Shown here one piece after another: positions 30,957 through 45,900 of a stretch of 64,000 nucleotides of DNA. The notes beneath the pieces were generated by a model. It did not search any database and was not told the origin of the DNA. It was given only the letters and a program-made list of their open reading frames with translations. Source of the DNA: Antedon mediterranea (lineage: Eukaryota; Animalia; Echinodermata); the NCBI RefSeq assembly GCF_964355755.1, contig NC_092675.1:17704912-17768911 (forward strand), read 5' to 3'. The translations under genes were made by a program, and so were the position numbers. Position 1 is the first letter of the stretch. Every line of letters begins with the position of its first letter.

Positions 30957-33900
30957 TTACTGTTGGCCATCTTTCTTTTCTTTCGAATTATAATAAACAT
31001 GATCCAATTTCCCGTTGCGATTAATCGTAACCCAGTATTCATGTTGTGAAAGAGGGCGGTCATCCATACTCATGTACGATGCATGATTCTTCCTACCGAG
31101 TGTTTGCGTTCTTAGCGGCGAAGCATTTGAAGTGGAGGTCATAGGTACGTACTCCCTGCGTTTACCATTCATAAAACTAGAAGCCGCGTAGAGTCCGTCG
31201 GTTTCCAAGTATTGGTTCACAGGCGGAGGCGTAACAGTTTCAGCATACTGGTTCACTTTGGAGCTACCAGCACTGAGTGTGGATATGCTGCTGTAGGATG
31301 CGTTGCTCGTTGGCCGCGGGATCATGTAATGATTGGAGTCTTCCTCTATGTGGGCGTAGTTGTCGTCATTGTAACGTCTACCAAAAGTTCCCAATCTTCG
31401 ATAATCACCAAGAGTTCTCTATAAACACAAGCAAATAACACAAATTACATTGAAGCTTTTACTCAAAATTGAGAGGAAACAATTTATATAATGTACTCTG
31501 TTACAATGTAACCTTCCTTCCTTTCCTTTTAGTCCAGGAGTATTAGACAAAAAAAGGTAGAAATAAATATGCTAAAGCTGAATTTTTCAGGATAGGTGCT
31601 CAAGGTTGTCTGGAACAACATACTAAAAGTAAACCAGATTTAGCCATTTTTAATCTTAACATTATTTACCATATGTTGTCTTGACAACCAGTAGGTGTAA
31701 TTAAACAATTTTATATTCACTGTAATGGAAAAGTTTAACAAAAAATGACCGGAAATTCCTGTTTTGACCTTTGTCCATTAATTTGGTTATCTCAGTATCC
31801 CATCAACGACTGGCCATAGAGTTTACCTGACCAGGGTAAACTGGTCTCTACGTCGTTACACCGGCCTACATTTCCGCATTTTTGCATTCCAGGTACGACT
31901 CGGGTTATACAATTCCGTATCAACTCCGCATATTTACTGGCAGTGTAAAAGGGGTATAATACTTTTAGGATTAAAATACAGATAAATAGAATATTTTAAA
32001 ATGTAAATGTTTATTGTTAAGCAATTAACTTCCTGTTTATGTTTATTAATTAATTAAAGTAATAATTTAAATAGGAAATCAAATTCAAGTTTAAAGGTTG
32101 TACATGTGTAATTAGATAGTATTGCTTTTCCACTTTTTCTCAATTTCTTTGTAAAATCTGTGCTTTTTTATATTTGAAATGAAAGTGTTTGAAATCAATA
32201 AATGAATGTAAAATATGAAGATTTATTTAGACAGTGGTGTTGTTCTGAGAAAAATCATAGATGATGGTGCTGATTTTTAATCAAACATTATACCCTTAGA
32301 TTATTGTTAAGCAAGTATACAGTATTAACCACCATACACTAGTAAATACTGTATATAAATGGGAAAAAAGATTAGGGAAAAGAGACAAAAGGTTAAGTAA
32401 ACATACTGCTTTCCTTGCCTCAACATCAGCTGGTTCTGCTTCTATACCAGCTGCGTATGTATTAGGATTACACGGGTTTGGTTGCATTGGTAAAGACCCT
32501 TGTCGTATCTGTAATGGTACATCTTCTGCATGAGGAATCTTCTTTTGTTTTCGTAATCTATCAATAAAAAATAATTAAAATTATTTTTACCAACATTATT
32601 TTTTGAGCACTTTGTGGATATGTGCACTTTATAAATCTTATTATATTATCTTATCTTTGTGAATATAGCTAATTCTTATTCCGAAAATGGACAGTGTAGT
32701 ACAGCATATCATCAAAAAAATGTGTTTATTTTCTTGTAAACAAGAAAATGTGTTTATTTTCTTGTAAACAAGAGATAGTTGAGAGTTATGTTGTGGACAG
32801 ACAAATGAGTACTGTTTGGTGGCAGCTTGACACAAACAGACCCTTAAGCTCCATCTACACTATCAAACCAGTCCATATATTTGTCACATAAACTTTAATA
32901 GGGTAGACAGAGCTTTAGTTGAGATGAGATTGGTTGTATGTGAACTAGACCACTGCACTCTGATACTACTGTATAAAACACATTATTAAGCTCTGTCTAC
33001 AATATCAAACTTTATGTGACAAATGGACTAGTTTGATAGTGTAGACAGAACTTTAGGCAGTATAAAAGACAACCATTATTATTATTAAAACTTTGTGTAG
33101 GCCTATGACTAATTAAGACATTTTGGCAGTATCGGTAAGACTTAAATAATAGTCTCCTAGACAGGTCAAAAGGTGATAGGATACTGCCTGAATCTAGAAT
33201 CATTTTATCTAATTTTTATTTTTATCCATTCATCAAAGTTTCTCTCAAGCTATACTTATCTGAAATGCCAGGATATCAAAAATAAATTAAAGTGAAAGTA
33301 ACAACATGAAAACTAAATTTTAAGGACTCAGTTTGTTTTACTTTTCAGTAATTTTATTTATTTTGTAATTCTTACAGGTTTACCTGGAAAAATGTGTATA
33401 TTTAATGTGTATTGATAACATTCTTAGTATTCCCATTGTTTTGGTTGCGGACAAAGACAAGGTTTAATAAGGCCAAAATAAGAATACAAGTACAATGTTA
33501 AATAAGGCGCATTATGCTAAAAATCTCTTAATGTGATTAACAAGGAAAAATTAAAATTAGCTGACAGATATTAATATCCCAAGAATTCCACAGGAAGAAA
33601 GCCCAAAGCCCGAAAAAAAGTAGGATAACCATTTTAATTTAGTAATTTATATACTTTTTCACTTACCTATAACAGTACAGGAACATTAGGAGGATGACTA
33701 ACATCAGAATAAACAAACCAACAACACTTGCAATGATGATGAGTAGATTCCAACTGTTACTTGTATCTGCACTAGGTGTTTCCCAGGTAGGGTCTAATAA
33801 CTCACACCTAGATCCCATGTACCCTGATGAACACCTGCAATTAGTAAAATATAATAATTAAATATTGTTGATTACTTCTGTTAAGGGGATCTGTTTTCAA

Positions 33901-36900
33901 CTCTATTTGTTTACTCCTGTGTAAAAGATACTTATTTATTCATTGGCATTTGCATATAGCCCAAAAGGAATGGGCCAATGACCTAATACAGAACCTCTTG
34001 TTTACAAAATAGGAAATAGACTTTTTCTATGTGTACATTAAAGAAAAACATGAAAAATGAAGATTAATTAAATCAGACTTTGAATATTATGTCATTTTGT
34101 AGTTTTAATAAAGTTAATCACTTCCATAGAAAAAAAATAGTAATATTTTCACTTATAAATTGACAAAATAAATGGTTAAATTCAACCAAAAACCCACTGG
34201 CGCAGCCAATTTGACAATTTTTTGCTTTAAATTATCCGGTAAATACATTTTTTTACGATCCAATTTGTGGTCAAAGTGGATTCCTATTATGTTACATTGA
34301 AATGACATATTCAACAACAATGTTGTCAAGAATTATTTTTTCAGGGGGACAATACATCTTTTATAATTATTAAAATAAAGGACACTTCTCAGTTCAACAT
34401 TGAGTTTAAAGAACAATTTTGTCTTTGAGGTACAGTATATCACTATGAAAAAAAAGGTGGGCAAAGATATGCTCTACTGTAATTCTGTCTTATCTTATAA
34501 TATTAAGCTATTAAATAATTCAAATAATGCACTTTAAAAAAGGTAAAGCATACTAAAAATAATCAGTAGAATAACATATTATGCCAAAAGGTGATAAGAT
34601 CAGACTACATACAAAGATCAAACAGAACCTGGTTTCCTTGATTATATGCGGTACAAATACAGTAAAATACTTGTTTTCATATATTTTCACTGAATGTTGA
34701 AATGTTGAAAGATATTGCCACAAGTCTACATTTGGTTTTTTAAGAAGATACATTTTATTTGAGAAGGTATGATATGCCATATACGATAATTTATTTATAT
34801 ATATATATATTATATTTATATAAATCCAAAGGCAAATTACTGAAAAAATGACAATGCTGTGGGTATCAGTGGCTGGATCTCAATGGAGATACAAAAAAAA
34901 AGCGAAAAGCTAAATCAAAACGATTAAAGTAAAACAGCCAAGAAAAGTTAGCAGAGCTTTCAGGCAACACTAGCCCTTCATCAGTATATATATTTATATA
35001 TTACATAGCCTATGTAAATACGCGAACGTGATTGGTTGAAACTGCATCACATGAATACCGCTGCGATCGGATCATAAATCGTATATATCCTCGAGAACGA
35101 TGATATTGAGTAATTTTCGCGTAATTATCGTGTCCCTGTCATTAATCATATAAATTATCGAGTACGATGATATTGACTGTGTAATTTTCGTGTGGCAACA
35201 CTCACGTTTGCCGATAAATAAACAAAAGTCATCTAGTGGGTCTTGAAATCCCGATGAAATTGTCACTCCAAACGCTTCATGCGCTGCGCCACGGAACTTG
35301 CTTGAAGAAAATACTCAACTAAACTATTTAAACTATGCATACATAGCGCCTTCATTTATTATTAGTCCTCCCTAGATGTGATGAAACACCGTTTGTGATT
35401 GGTTAATACTCACAGTAGTAACCGGTACGCGCGCGACGCACTGAACATCCGGTAATTCGGCTTATTTATTCGGCCTACCTGATAATATTATTATTATTAA
35501 TGTAGGCTTATTGATGGAATTTCTTCTGTTATTATTTAAACGACCTAGGCTAGTGAATATTTTATTGCCAGGGAATCATTAATTAGTAATTATCTGTATA
35601 TTGTTCTTTGCAAGGTAAGGTGTTTATATACTAGGCAGCTTGTTTACATACGATACAAATAGGAGGCCTAGCCTAGCCTAGCTTCACCCGACCCAGCAGA
35701 TTTGTTCTTGGCTATGTAATATAACAGATATCGCCTTTTATATCGGTAAAATATAAGATTTAACATCCTCTCGGGATGATATTATGTTCTCAGGAAATTA
35801 TATATATCCCTCAGCTGCCGCTTCGGGATATATATATTCCCTCGAACATAATATCATTCCCTCGGGGATGTCAAATTTTATATTTCACCTCTAAGCAGGC
35901 AATATCTGTATATTCCCACTCACTTGAGGTAAATTATATGAATAAAAGAGATTCTTTACAATACATTGCAACATGTAATCAATCAGCATTTTCCAAAATA
36001 CAAGAAAAGTATACAAGTAATAATCAGTTTCACCATACAATTAACCATTTTGTTTTTATTTAACTGTTCACACTGTAGTGTTTAAAACTTACCTTGGAGT
36101 TGGCAATGGAACCATCTCCGCCTAAATAATTATTTCACAGTGCTGATTTAACAAACTTTGTATGTGTGATATACTCTTCCGCTAAACTGTTTAATTCCAA
36201 ATCACTCGAAAAGTTTGATCACACATGGAGTAACATAAGAAATGTGTTGATTTGATCAATAACTTAGTAAATGTTTCACTGACACCAATCCACAAAATTG
36301 CTTAATTTTAATACATAATTATTTGAAAAATCAACAGAGAGGTTGTTACTTCGCAGAAAAGAACTTAATAAATGACAAAGTACTCATGACACTTGCTTAA
36401 ATGTTTGTTGTCAATAACCTATTGTAAAGTCATCAATTGTTTTGAGATGACACTTGCAAGAGCGGTTTACCTTCAAAGCTATTATGATCTTGTTGATAAC
36501 AATGAAATGCAAATAATAGAGACTCGCTTGCTTGGTTACAGACTGCTACTTTGGCACCAGATTTCTTACCGTGAATCCCACAAATATTTTAATTATTTTA
36601 ACAATTCTCTATTTCACAATTTATAAAGCATTAGTTCAAAATATTTACTTCAGAAGATCTCTATTTAAATCTGGATAATATATGGATCACTAGGCCATAG
36701 TCAATTGACTATGATGACTATGCCTACTACACGTGCCTCACTGCCTCACTACAATAACAAACTGACCTGGGAGCATCATTGTACATGTTTCTTCTGATGA
36801 ACATTACACAACCCATAGCCTACTGTACATTTTCAGAATATGAAACAGACCTAAAACAAAATTGTTCATTTATCTAATACATTACTGGTATCAGGACCGT

Positions 36901-39900
36901 AAGCCACCAGTGTGGTTGGTAAGATGACCACAGAGGCCTATGGTAACCTAGGTTTGAACAGAGATCATTCCCTTTTCTTGCGACAACCCCACCACTTTTT
37001 TTCTTGTGGCTACATGACTGGGTATACAGGTGGCATTTTTAACAAATTATTTATTGTATGAATACAATTTTGATAGAACCCCAGAATTATTAAAACATAG
37101 AAGAATATTGAGTGCAGCATATTCAACAAATGAAATGACAAATCATACTCTTCTTCCATCCAGAATACTACAAATTAAGGTTCAGAAAATTGACAACTTT
37201 TGTATAAAAAACAATTATTCTCTATTTTACATGAAATCAGAATATAAATTGTTTGACTGACTTGTTCAATGTTCTATACGTGAAACTTCCTTTTAACAAT
37301 CTTATTGACAAACACATTGACAAGCAAAAAGCATTATTGAAATCTGCAACAATTAAAGAAATTATGGGTGACGTAAACCAGCCAGTGACACTGAGAACAT
37401 AAAACATTTATATAGTTCAACCGCCAAAAAAACATTGTAAACAAAGAAGTTTCTTAAAATTAGTTACGTCTGTTCAATGCCAGAACTGACTTAAGTATAA
37501 TTGTGCCATTTTAGGATAGAAGCATAACCTTCTTGCTACATTATCCCTTTCGTTGAATATAAAAATTGTTAAGAGAAAGGAGGCAGTTGAGGAGGATGTT
37601 TGCCAATTTTGTTTATAAAAATCAATTTTTCTAATAATTTCATCAAGGATCTACAAAAGCCATCTTGCAACATAATCAAAATTTTGTATTACCAGTTCAA
37701 ATGCTAGTACACACAAATTGTGTGTGTTTCAATGCCCAGAAAAATAGGCACACAACTTTTAAACGGTGCTAACAGACTCTCCTAAGTGAGACTTGCGTAT
37801 TTAAGGTTTTGTTTTACTATATCCAATTAAGAACTGTCACTGCAGAAATGTGACGTGTGGTTACTTGTTGTATGCAACGTGCACACACATGCTTTAATAA
37901 TATTGGATTAATATGATTAAATATCCAACTTTTACAAACAATTACCACTTTTTATGTGGTCCAAAATATATGGTTTTCAGAACACTTGATGGTTCCTTGA
38001 TGATCAAAGCATGGAGTTGTAAAAACGCAACTCCCTGGTTGGTCGAAGCATGCTAAAAACTATCCCATTACAAACCATCTCATTCATAAAACAGGTTGTT
38101 GTACTGTGAATTAACTAGTAAAACAGCTGATAAATGCACATAGGTGTCATCATGAATGTAAAAAATAAGCACTAATTAAAAGTAAGGAAACAGACCTTGA
38201 CAGACCTAGCGCCTGTTAAGCAATGAAAGATTATTAGTAGATGAAGGAAATTGTAGGGGGCAACCACAAAGACAAGGTAGACACGTCTTAATCAACACAT
38301 CCTCCATGTTCTATGTCCATCGTGTTTTCTTTCCCATGGTTTATGTTACGTTCTCACCCACTTGAACAAACCTGACCAAGCAAGGGGGCAGGGGGAGGAG
38401 AGATGTTTGAGTAGAGTGATCGGGATGCTGCTATTCACCAATGAGGTTAATATTAATCAAGTAATAAAGTTATATTTTTTGCCAAGTATCTATATAAATT
38501 ATGCTTAATTCTGACATAGGTGAGCACAATGGAAAAACTTGGAGAAAAATCTCCGCTTTTGATACCTACTTCATCTATCTCAGATGTACTGTGAAACGTA
38601 GATTTGATAACATTAGTTTTCAGTATTACGCTTTTGTTCCATTTTTGTTTTTTTACGACATCTACCGACATTTGTGGATATCACAGGATTATTTTCACAC
38701 ATTCGCGCTGTTCAACTGGCTTCCGGGTCACGTAACTTCCCGCAAAATGGCCGTTGGTGGCGACATTCAATATTTTTTTTTTTCAATAAGTCCAGAAAAT
38801 ATGGATACATGGCACAATCAACTCATTGATATTAATTCTATATGAAATAGGGAGTGGCAGGACATATGAGGCGCTGAAATGACAGGCTTTTACTTTATGT
38901 CTTTGATTTTAATCAGTAACTAATTATTTATACTATCTATTAATCACTTAATCAAATTTGGGTGCGATTTTGTTACTATAGGAGGCCTGGTACCAGGATG
39001 AGGTGTGATACACCTTTAATTTTTATATTTCAGTTGCTTGCTCTGTTTATAATTATAAATGGTGTCTACTACGACCGATATATAAGTAGGCTACGAATTA
39101 TTCATCAGTCATATGCATAGATGTCACCCGGGCCTCATTTTCCAGAGTCGTTGGTCATGTTTCTGAGAACCATTTGGGTACACCCACTAGAGGGTGCACG
39201 AGTGAACCCTCTAGTAATAATAAATTTTACTAGAAATGTTACAGTACTGTAGAGTGAATATGTCTAAGCAGCGTCCTGCTGTTGTTTCCATGTTCACCAT
39301 TGGTCACCCAGTAAAGAAGGCTGCATTATAATCATTGGAAAAATTATGGAATTGCTGTCCTGGTAACTGGCCATACAATATAATTATACCACCTCTCCCT
39401 AACCTTTGTTTGTTTCTGGATTAATAGGATCATTGAGTAAAATGGAATTAATAAAAACTAAAAGAACTAAAGCAAACTTCACTGAAATGCAGGATTCAAA
39501 TAGGATCCTGATGTCGAGCTTTTAAACATTTATTAGAAACTAATTCAGTATGTCTGCATAACCTCATCTACACGACTTTATATCCTAAATCCTGCTCACT
39601 GTTTTACATATTTTCCACTTATTATCACCGTACCATCGGTGTAAGCCCAGAGTTAAAAGCATACAAACAAATTCTGGTGTTTACCTCCAGTAAAGGCAAA
39701 ACAGTTTATGAGGATGGTATTAAAGCTGTAGGCTATCGTAGTTTGAGTGTAAATGGGGATAGCCAGTGGTACAACAGCATTTGATAAATGCTTTAGGAAC
39801 TATGTAAAAGCTGCTCTACTGCAATTACTGTAGTAACTGCAATTTGTTTACTCTTTTAATTTGTTTATGCAATTATTAAGCTTTTTTAGTATATCATGCT

Positions 39901-42900
39901 CACTGCTTAATGCAGTGACTGTCTCATAAAATTGAACCTAACATTGAAACTAACATCATACTTTAATACAGTAAATATTACTGCAGTGAGTAATTTCAAT
40001 ATGAATATGTATATTGTGTTGTCCTTCAGATGGGCCCTTTATTTATTAGTCAAGAAAAGCATTATTGAAAAACAGACTAATATTATTTCATTTGTAATTA
40101 TTTTATACTTGTATAAAGTTTAAAATTTCGCCCTTATACAAATGAATGATCATCATCCAACGAGCATAGTCCTACAGTTCAATGTAATTCAAGGTAATTA
40201 AAATGAATGATCATCATCCAACGAGCATAGTCCTACAGTTCAATGTAATTCAAGGTAATTAAAATGAATGATCATCATCCAACGAGCATAGTCCTACAGT
40301 TCAATGTAATTCAAGGTAATTAAAATGAATGATCATCATCCAACGAGCATAGTCCTACAGTTCAATGTAATTCAAGGTAATTAAAATGAATGATCATCAT
40401 CCAACGAGCATAGTCCTACAGTTCAATGTAATTCAAGGTAATTAAAATGAATGATCATCATCCAACGAGCATAGTCCTACAGTTCAATGTAATTCAAGGT
40501 AATTAAAATGAATGATCATCATCCAATGAGCATAGTCCTACAGTTCAATGTAATTCAAGGTAATTAAAATGAATGATCATCATCCAATGAGCATAGTCCT
40601 ACAGTTCAATGTAATTCAAGGTAATTAAAATGAATGATCATCATCCAACGAGCATAGTCCTACAGTTCAATGTAATTCAAGGTAATTAAAATGAATGATC
40701 ATCATCCAACGAGCATAGTCCTACAGTTCAATGTAATTCAAGGTAATTAAAATGAATGATCATCATCCAACGAGCATAGTCCTACAGTTCAATGTAATTC
40801 AAGGTAATTAAAATGAATGATCATCATCCAACGAGCATAGTCCTACAGTTCAATGTAATTCAAGGTAATTAAAATGAATGATCATCATCCAACAAGCATA
40901 GTCCTACAGTTCAATGTAATTCAAGGTAATTAAAATTATTAAACAAAACAACAAAATACTTACAAACACTTTGCACGATTGGAATCCTTTGAGTAAAAAC
41001 AATCGCCACCATGTAAACAGTAATATTCAAAATTAACTGGACAATTCACAAATCGTTCATTAGGTTTAAAGTCGATTGGTTTTCCAGAGGGTAGATTACC
41101 CCAAGGATGGTGTGTAGGTCCAACACCTATGTGTCCCTTAGAAGGATTCCTTGATGGCGTCGTCGATACAAACGTTGGATTTGTATTGAATGTCATCGCA
41201 CGTGACGGTTTTCGACTATTCTCCTGCATTTTTGTTGCTTTTGATAAATGTGGTGTTGAGGATGTTGTAGTCGTTATTGAATTATAGTCGTAATCCCAAA
41301 TAAGCGCACCTTTAGCTGTAAATACATAAACAATAACATTTTCAATAAGAGCTGTTTATCAATGAACATAGAGGAAACTAGAGTTTAAAAACATAATACG
41401 ATTTGATAATCTACATAATTGGATGAAGTGAGAATGAATGTGCACCATAGGTTACGAATAGGCGTGCTTTTCTACAACTAGCAAAGCTATACAGTACTCC
41501 TAGCAACCACCAACATCTAGTCATTGCCATGTGAAGACTTGTTGGAAACAAGTCGAAACGTCGCACACGTACATATTTATGAATGGTTTAAGGTAAAGAA
41601 TTATATTATACAGATCGTTAATATAAAACCAGATAAAAACATTTTTTGAGGAATCATAGGATTTACACAGTAGAACTCCAGTCTACAAAGGATCGTGCAT
41701 GATTGACATCACCATGGTGATGACTCATTTAGTAAATAATTTGGAGAGTATTTTGTATGACAGTTAATTACTGATATTAAATTGAAATTGGTTTGATTAA
41801 GATCTGAGACAGGAAAATCAGGTAACAGGAAATAGTTAGTGGTCATTACAAACACACATCAATGTCCTTTCAGTGAGGTAAAGGTCATGGTACAATTTGT
41901 TGGCACCTTACACATATCCCAGTATAACTTTCATTAAAAAAAAATCTTTATTCAATTGAATTCATAATTATTCAATAAGCTTATCAAGTTTATTTTCCAT
42001 TGTTAATATTATTTAAACATAGTCCGGCCTTGAATAACTTTATAAATAATTACTGTTACAAGATTTATGAAATGCTCAAAATTGCCTAAAACATGCTGTT
42101 GATTAAAAAATGGCAGGAAGATATACAGAAAAATCAAAAGATGATACTTGACAATCACAATGATTATCAATTATCAAGTGTGTATAACCTAATGACAGAC
42201 AAAATATCTTTAGAATACAGTAAATCATATTGAAAGTTGGAAAGTTCCTAACTTATTATCTTCATTTTTTAAACTAAACCACATCCTTGTATTTCCATTT
42301 CGTTTTTGGTTATGCATGATTGCAGAGGATGAATCAAAACTTTTTGAAAAAAAGTAATGGAATGCTTAATTCTTGTCCTCCATCAAATGTCAAATTCAAA
42401 TGTACTTACAATCTGCAATAGTAACTATATCATTTCAATTCTATTTTCGAACGTATTCAAATTTAAATAGATTACTATAATATTATTTATTTTAAAATTT
42501 TCAAAACTGTTTCTTAGAAACCATATTTTTAACTGTAAAATTAAAAATAAAAATATGTTCATAATTATTTAATATTATATCAAAAATTATGAAAATTTGG
42601 GTCGTTTTGATATCGAAGGTTATAAAAGCTTGTACCTGATTGAAGGTATAGGAAGTGAGAACAGCTAATTTATAATCTATATTAATCTGTACGGGTTGAA
42701 AAATTAGAAGGCCAGTCAGTTTTTGCTAGAATCTGGGTCACTCCCGACAATATTTAGTCAATAACCGAGGTCAGGGGTCAATATGTATATGGTGCACATA
42801 GATATGATTCTTAGGATTTGCATAATTTGACATAGGATTGGGCATTAATTCTTTTTAAGCAGAGTTAGACCTAGTTACCTAGACCTTACCAGAAGAAAAC

Positions 42901-45900
42901 AGTTTTTGATTTGATTTGAATTTATTAGCAAAAATCATCATTCAAAATACATACAAAGTGATATGTCCTTCCAAATCCAACTTTAAATCTTCAAACATGT
43001 TATCCAAATTTAGAAATCGAAATCGAAACTGAATCTTGATTGATATACCTAAATGTTTATATTTCCTTACACTACTTTTATTAAGCAATTCATTTTGGTA
43101 AATTTGGCTGTTAAAACCAGTAAGTAATTAGTGTTCATCTTTGTCAGTAAATAATGTAGTGACATGCTTCTACAATCTTTTTCAGTTGCATTATTGTAAG
43201 AATAAATCACTAATTTATTACTATCTAAGCCTTCAAACAATAATATAATAATTATAGCTCAATTGGTCTTATCCTGATGAGGGGGTACATGACACAACAA
43301 AAACAGATAGCAGGTGGTATTAACACAATAATAATAGTCAAATCTGTTTGCTGTATAAATAACATACAAACATGATTGAAAACAGCCCAAAATCGTATTT
43401 ATTGTATCGTATGACAATGTTTTTTCAAAAGGTAATATAATTTTAAAATGTAAACATAACAATATACTGCCTCTCTTGAAAAACTGCTAAATTGTATTGA
43501 AAATATTAAATAGTCAAAAAGGGTATTTTACATGTGATATTGGGAGGGCTCTAGAAGTACAAGACCATAATATGTATGGTCTGCATATTATCAGTCTGAT
43601 GAGATGACTGGTGGTTATATGGTATATTCAACTTAAAATAATATTTGAAATAAAAGACTTCATGTACCTGTACAATTTCCAGCTACTCCATTTCCCTCAT
43701 AGCCATTTAAACAGTGGCACTCAAAAGATTCCTCAGTATTGACACAAACTCCAAATTCCTGATCGCAATTATTATATTCTGGTCCTAATTGGCATTCATC
43801 TGATAATTAAAACAAAAGGATAAACATTTAAACAAATCCAAGGCAATATATTGTCAGTTTTATTCAGTCCATAGGTTGTCTTACAGTTTAAGAATGAAAC
43901 TTTGCTTCTATTCACAGAAGCCTGGAAGAATATTCCAACTTGTGAGTCACTAGTTTCTCATTGGTTGAGCACATCTTACATTATTGTGAAGACAAACTTA
44001 TTGAACCAATCAGATTGCTTGTTGAACACTAACCAAATTTATCTTTAATATGTATTCAGCAAAGAAAATCAAACTGTTTATTGGATGGGAATTTGCTTTC
44101 AAATAGCCAATGCTTGACTAACATTTAGATTATTGGTAAATCGTAGAGAGTTTTTTGTAGTATGATGAACCAGTAGGCTAATTAACACATTACTTTTAAA
44201 ATCTGTACGTACTAATTAGTGAGAATATCATGTCTTTTGACAGTTCGACAAGTTGACCAATGTGTCAAAAATGAATACAATATAGAATTTACATCTATTA
44301 TTATAACCAAATATGAAAACAGTTAAATTATCAGTAATTTTTGTAATTAAATGCACAATTTAAAAAAAGATGGGTTGAGGTGTCAGCCTTAACCAGGGAC
44401 AAAGAAGAGGGGTGTTTCTTGGATGGGGTTGAGGTGTCAGCCTTAACCAGGGACAAAGAAGAGGGGTGTGGCTTGGATGGGGTTGAGGTGTCAGCCTTAA
44501 CCAGGGACAAAGAAGAGGGGTGTGGCTTGGATGGGGTTGAGGTGTCAGCCTTAACCAGGGACAAAGAAGAGGGGTGTGGCTTGGATGAGGTTGAGGTGTC
44601 AGCCTTAACCAGGGACAAAGAAGAGGGGTGTTTCTTGGATGGGGTTGAGGTGTCAGCCTTAACCTGGGGTAATGAGAGGTGTGGCTTGGATGGGATTGAG
44701 GTGTCAGCCTTAACCTAGGGTAATGAAATGTGTGGCTTGGATGGGGTTGAGGTGTCAGCCTTAACCTGGGGTAATGAAAGGTGTGGCTTGGATGGGGTTG
44801 AGGTGTCAGCCTTAACCTGGGGTAATGGAAGGTGGGCCTTGGATGGGGTTGAGGTGTCAGCCTTAACCTGGTGTAATGAAAGGTGTGGCTTGGATGGGGT
44901 TGAGGTGTCAGCCTTAACCTGGGGTAATGAAAGGTGTGGCTTGGATGGGGTTGAGGTGTCAGCCTTAACAAGGGACACAGAAGAGGGTGGACCTTGGATA
45001 AGGTTGAGGTGTCAGCCATAACCATGGAGAATAAAGTGAGAATATCATGTCTTTTGGATACAGTCAAGGTGTTAGCCTCAATAAACCATGATTTTGGATG
45101 AGTTGTCAGTCACAAGTAGGGTGGTGTACAATGATTCAGGTACACCCAAGTTGGTATGATTCAGAAATAACCCCAAAATAATGCTTCCCCTCGAGTTAGC
45201 AGGGGGTAGTGCTGGGTGGATAGGTAGTAGCTACCTGATAAACGAGTTAAGTAAACTGTTAAGTATAAATGACATGAACTTCCTAAATAGATTAACATTA
45301 TAAATTTGAACTTATTCTATCTAAAAGTATGAGTAAACTAATGACGATATATTATAAAATCATTATTTGGAAAATTGTATAATTATATCTATATTCCATA
45401 CAGTAGAAATGATACGGTAAGTTACCAGTTAAAATATTCATGGTTTATGTAAAGCTCTGTTTACACTATCAAACTTTATGTGACACAAAAATGGGTATAT
45501 TAACCATATTTGGGCACATAAGATGAGTATTTCAATTGTATCTATAATTATTTGACTTAATTATTAATTAAATAATTGGTTCGTTGTTAAATTGTTGTAC
45601 GGAATACTTTGGAATATTAAACGAAAAATGTCTAGACAAAGACAGAAGATAAGGTCAGCTGAGCTAATAAGAAAGTTGGTGTCATTGATGGGTTAACAAA
45701 ATTCGTAATAAGTCCTGCCTTCAGTTTTAGTCATTCATTAATTATTTTTTTTCAAACTTAAATTTTAGACATATATATATATATTGTTGCGGTGTTTTAG
45801 AGGAACACCAGTGTAAATCCCTAGGGATGAGAAGACTGGAATGAGTTAGTGTTTAATTGTGTGATTCACTGCTAGAATGACCTCATGGCATTAGGGAATC

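Noticed and set aside
39187-39215. Hairpin ctagagggtgcacgagtgaaccctctag as a possible Helitron end or ncRNA
   Set aside because: No matching 5' terminus or RNA family recognised; too short to support a call.
40141-40935. Regular array resembling CRISPR
   Set aside because: Head-to-tail 61-bp units with no unique spacers, in a eukaryotic intron, with no cas genes.
44331-45067. Several overlapping repetitive ORFs
   Set aside because: Translations of a 54/51-bp minisatellite open in multiple frames; no splice or homology support.
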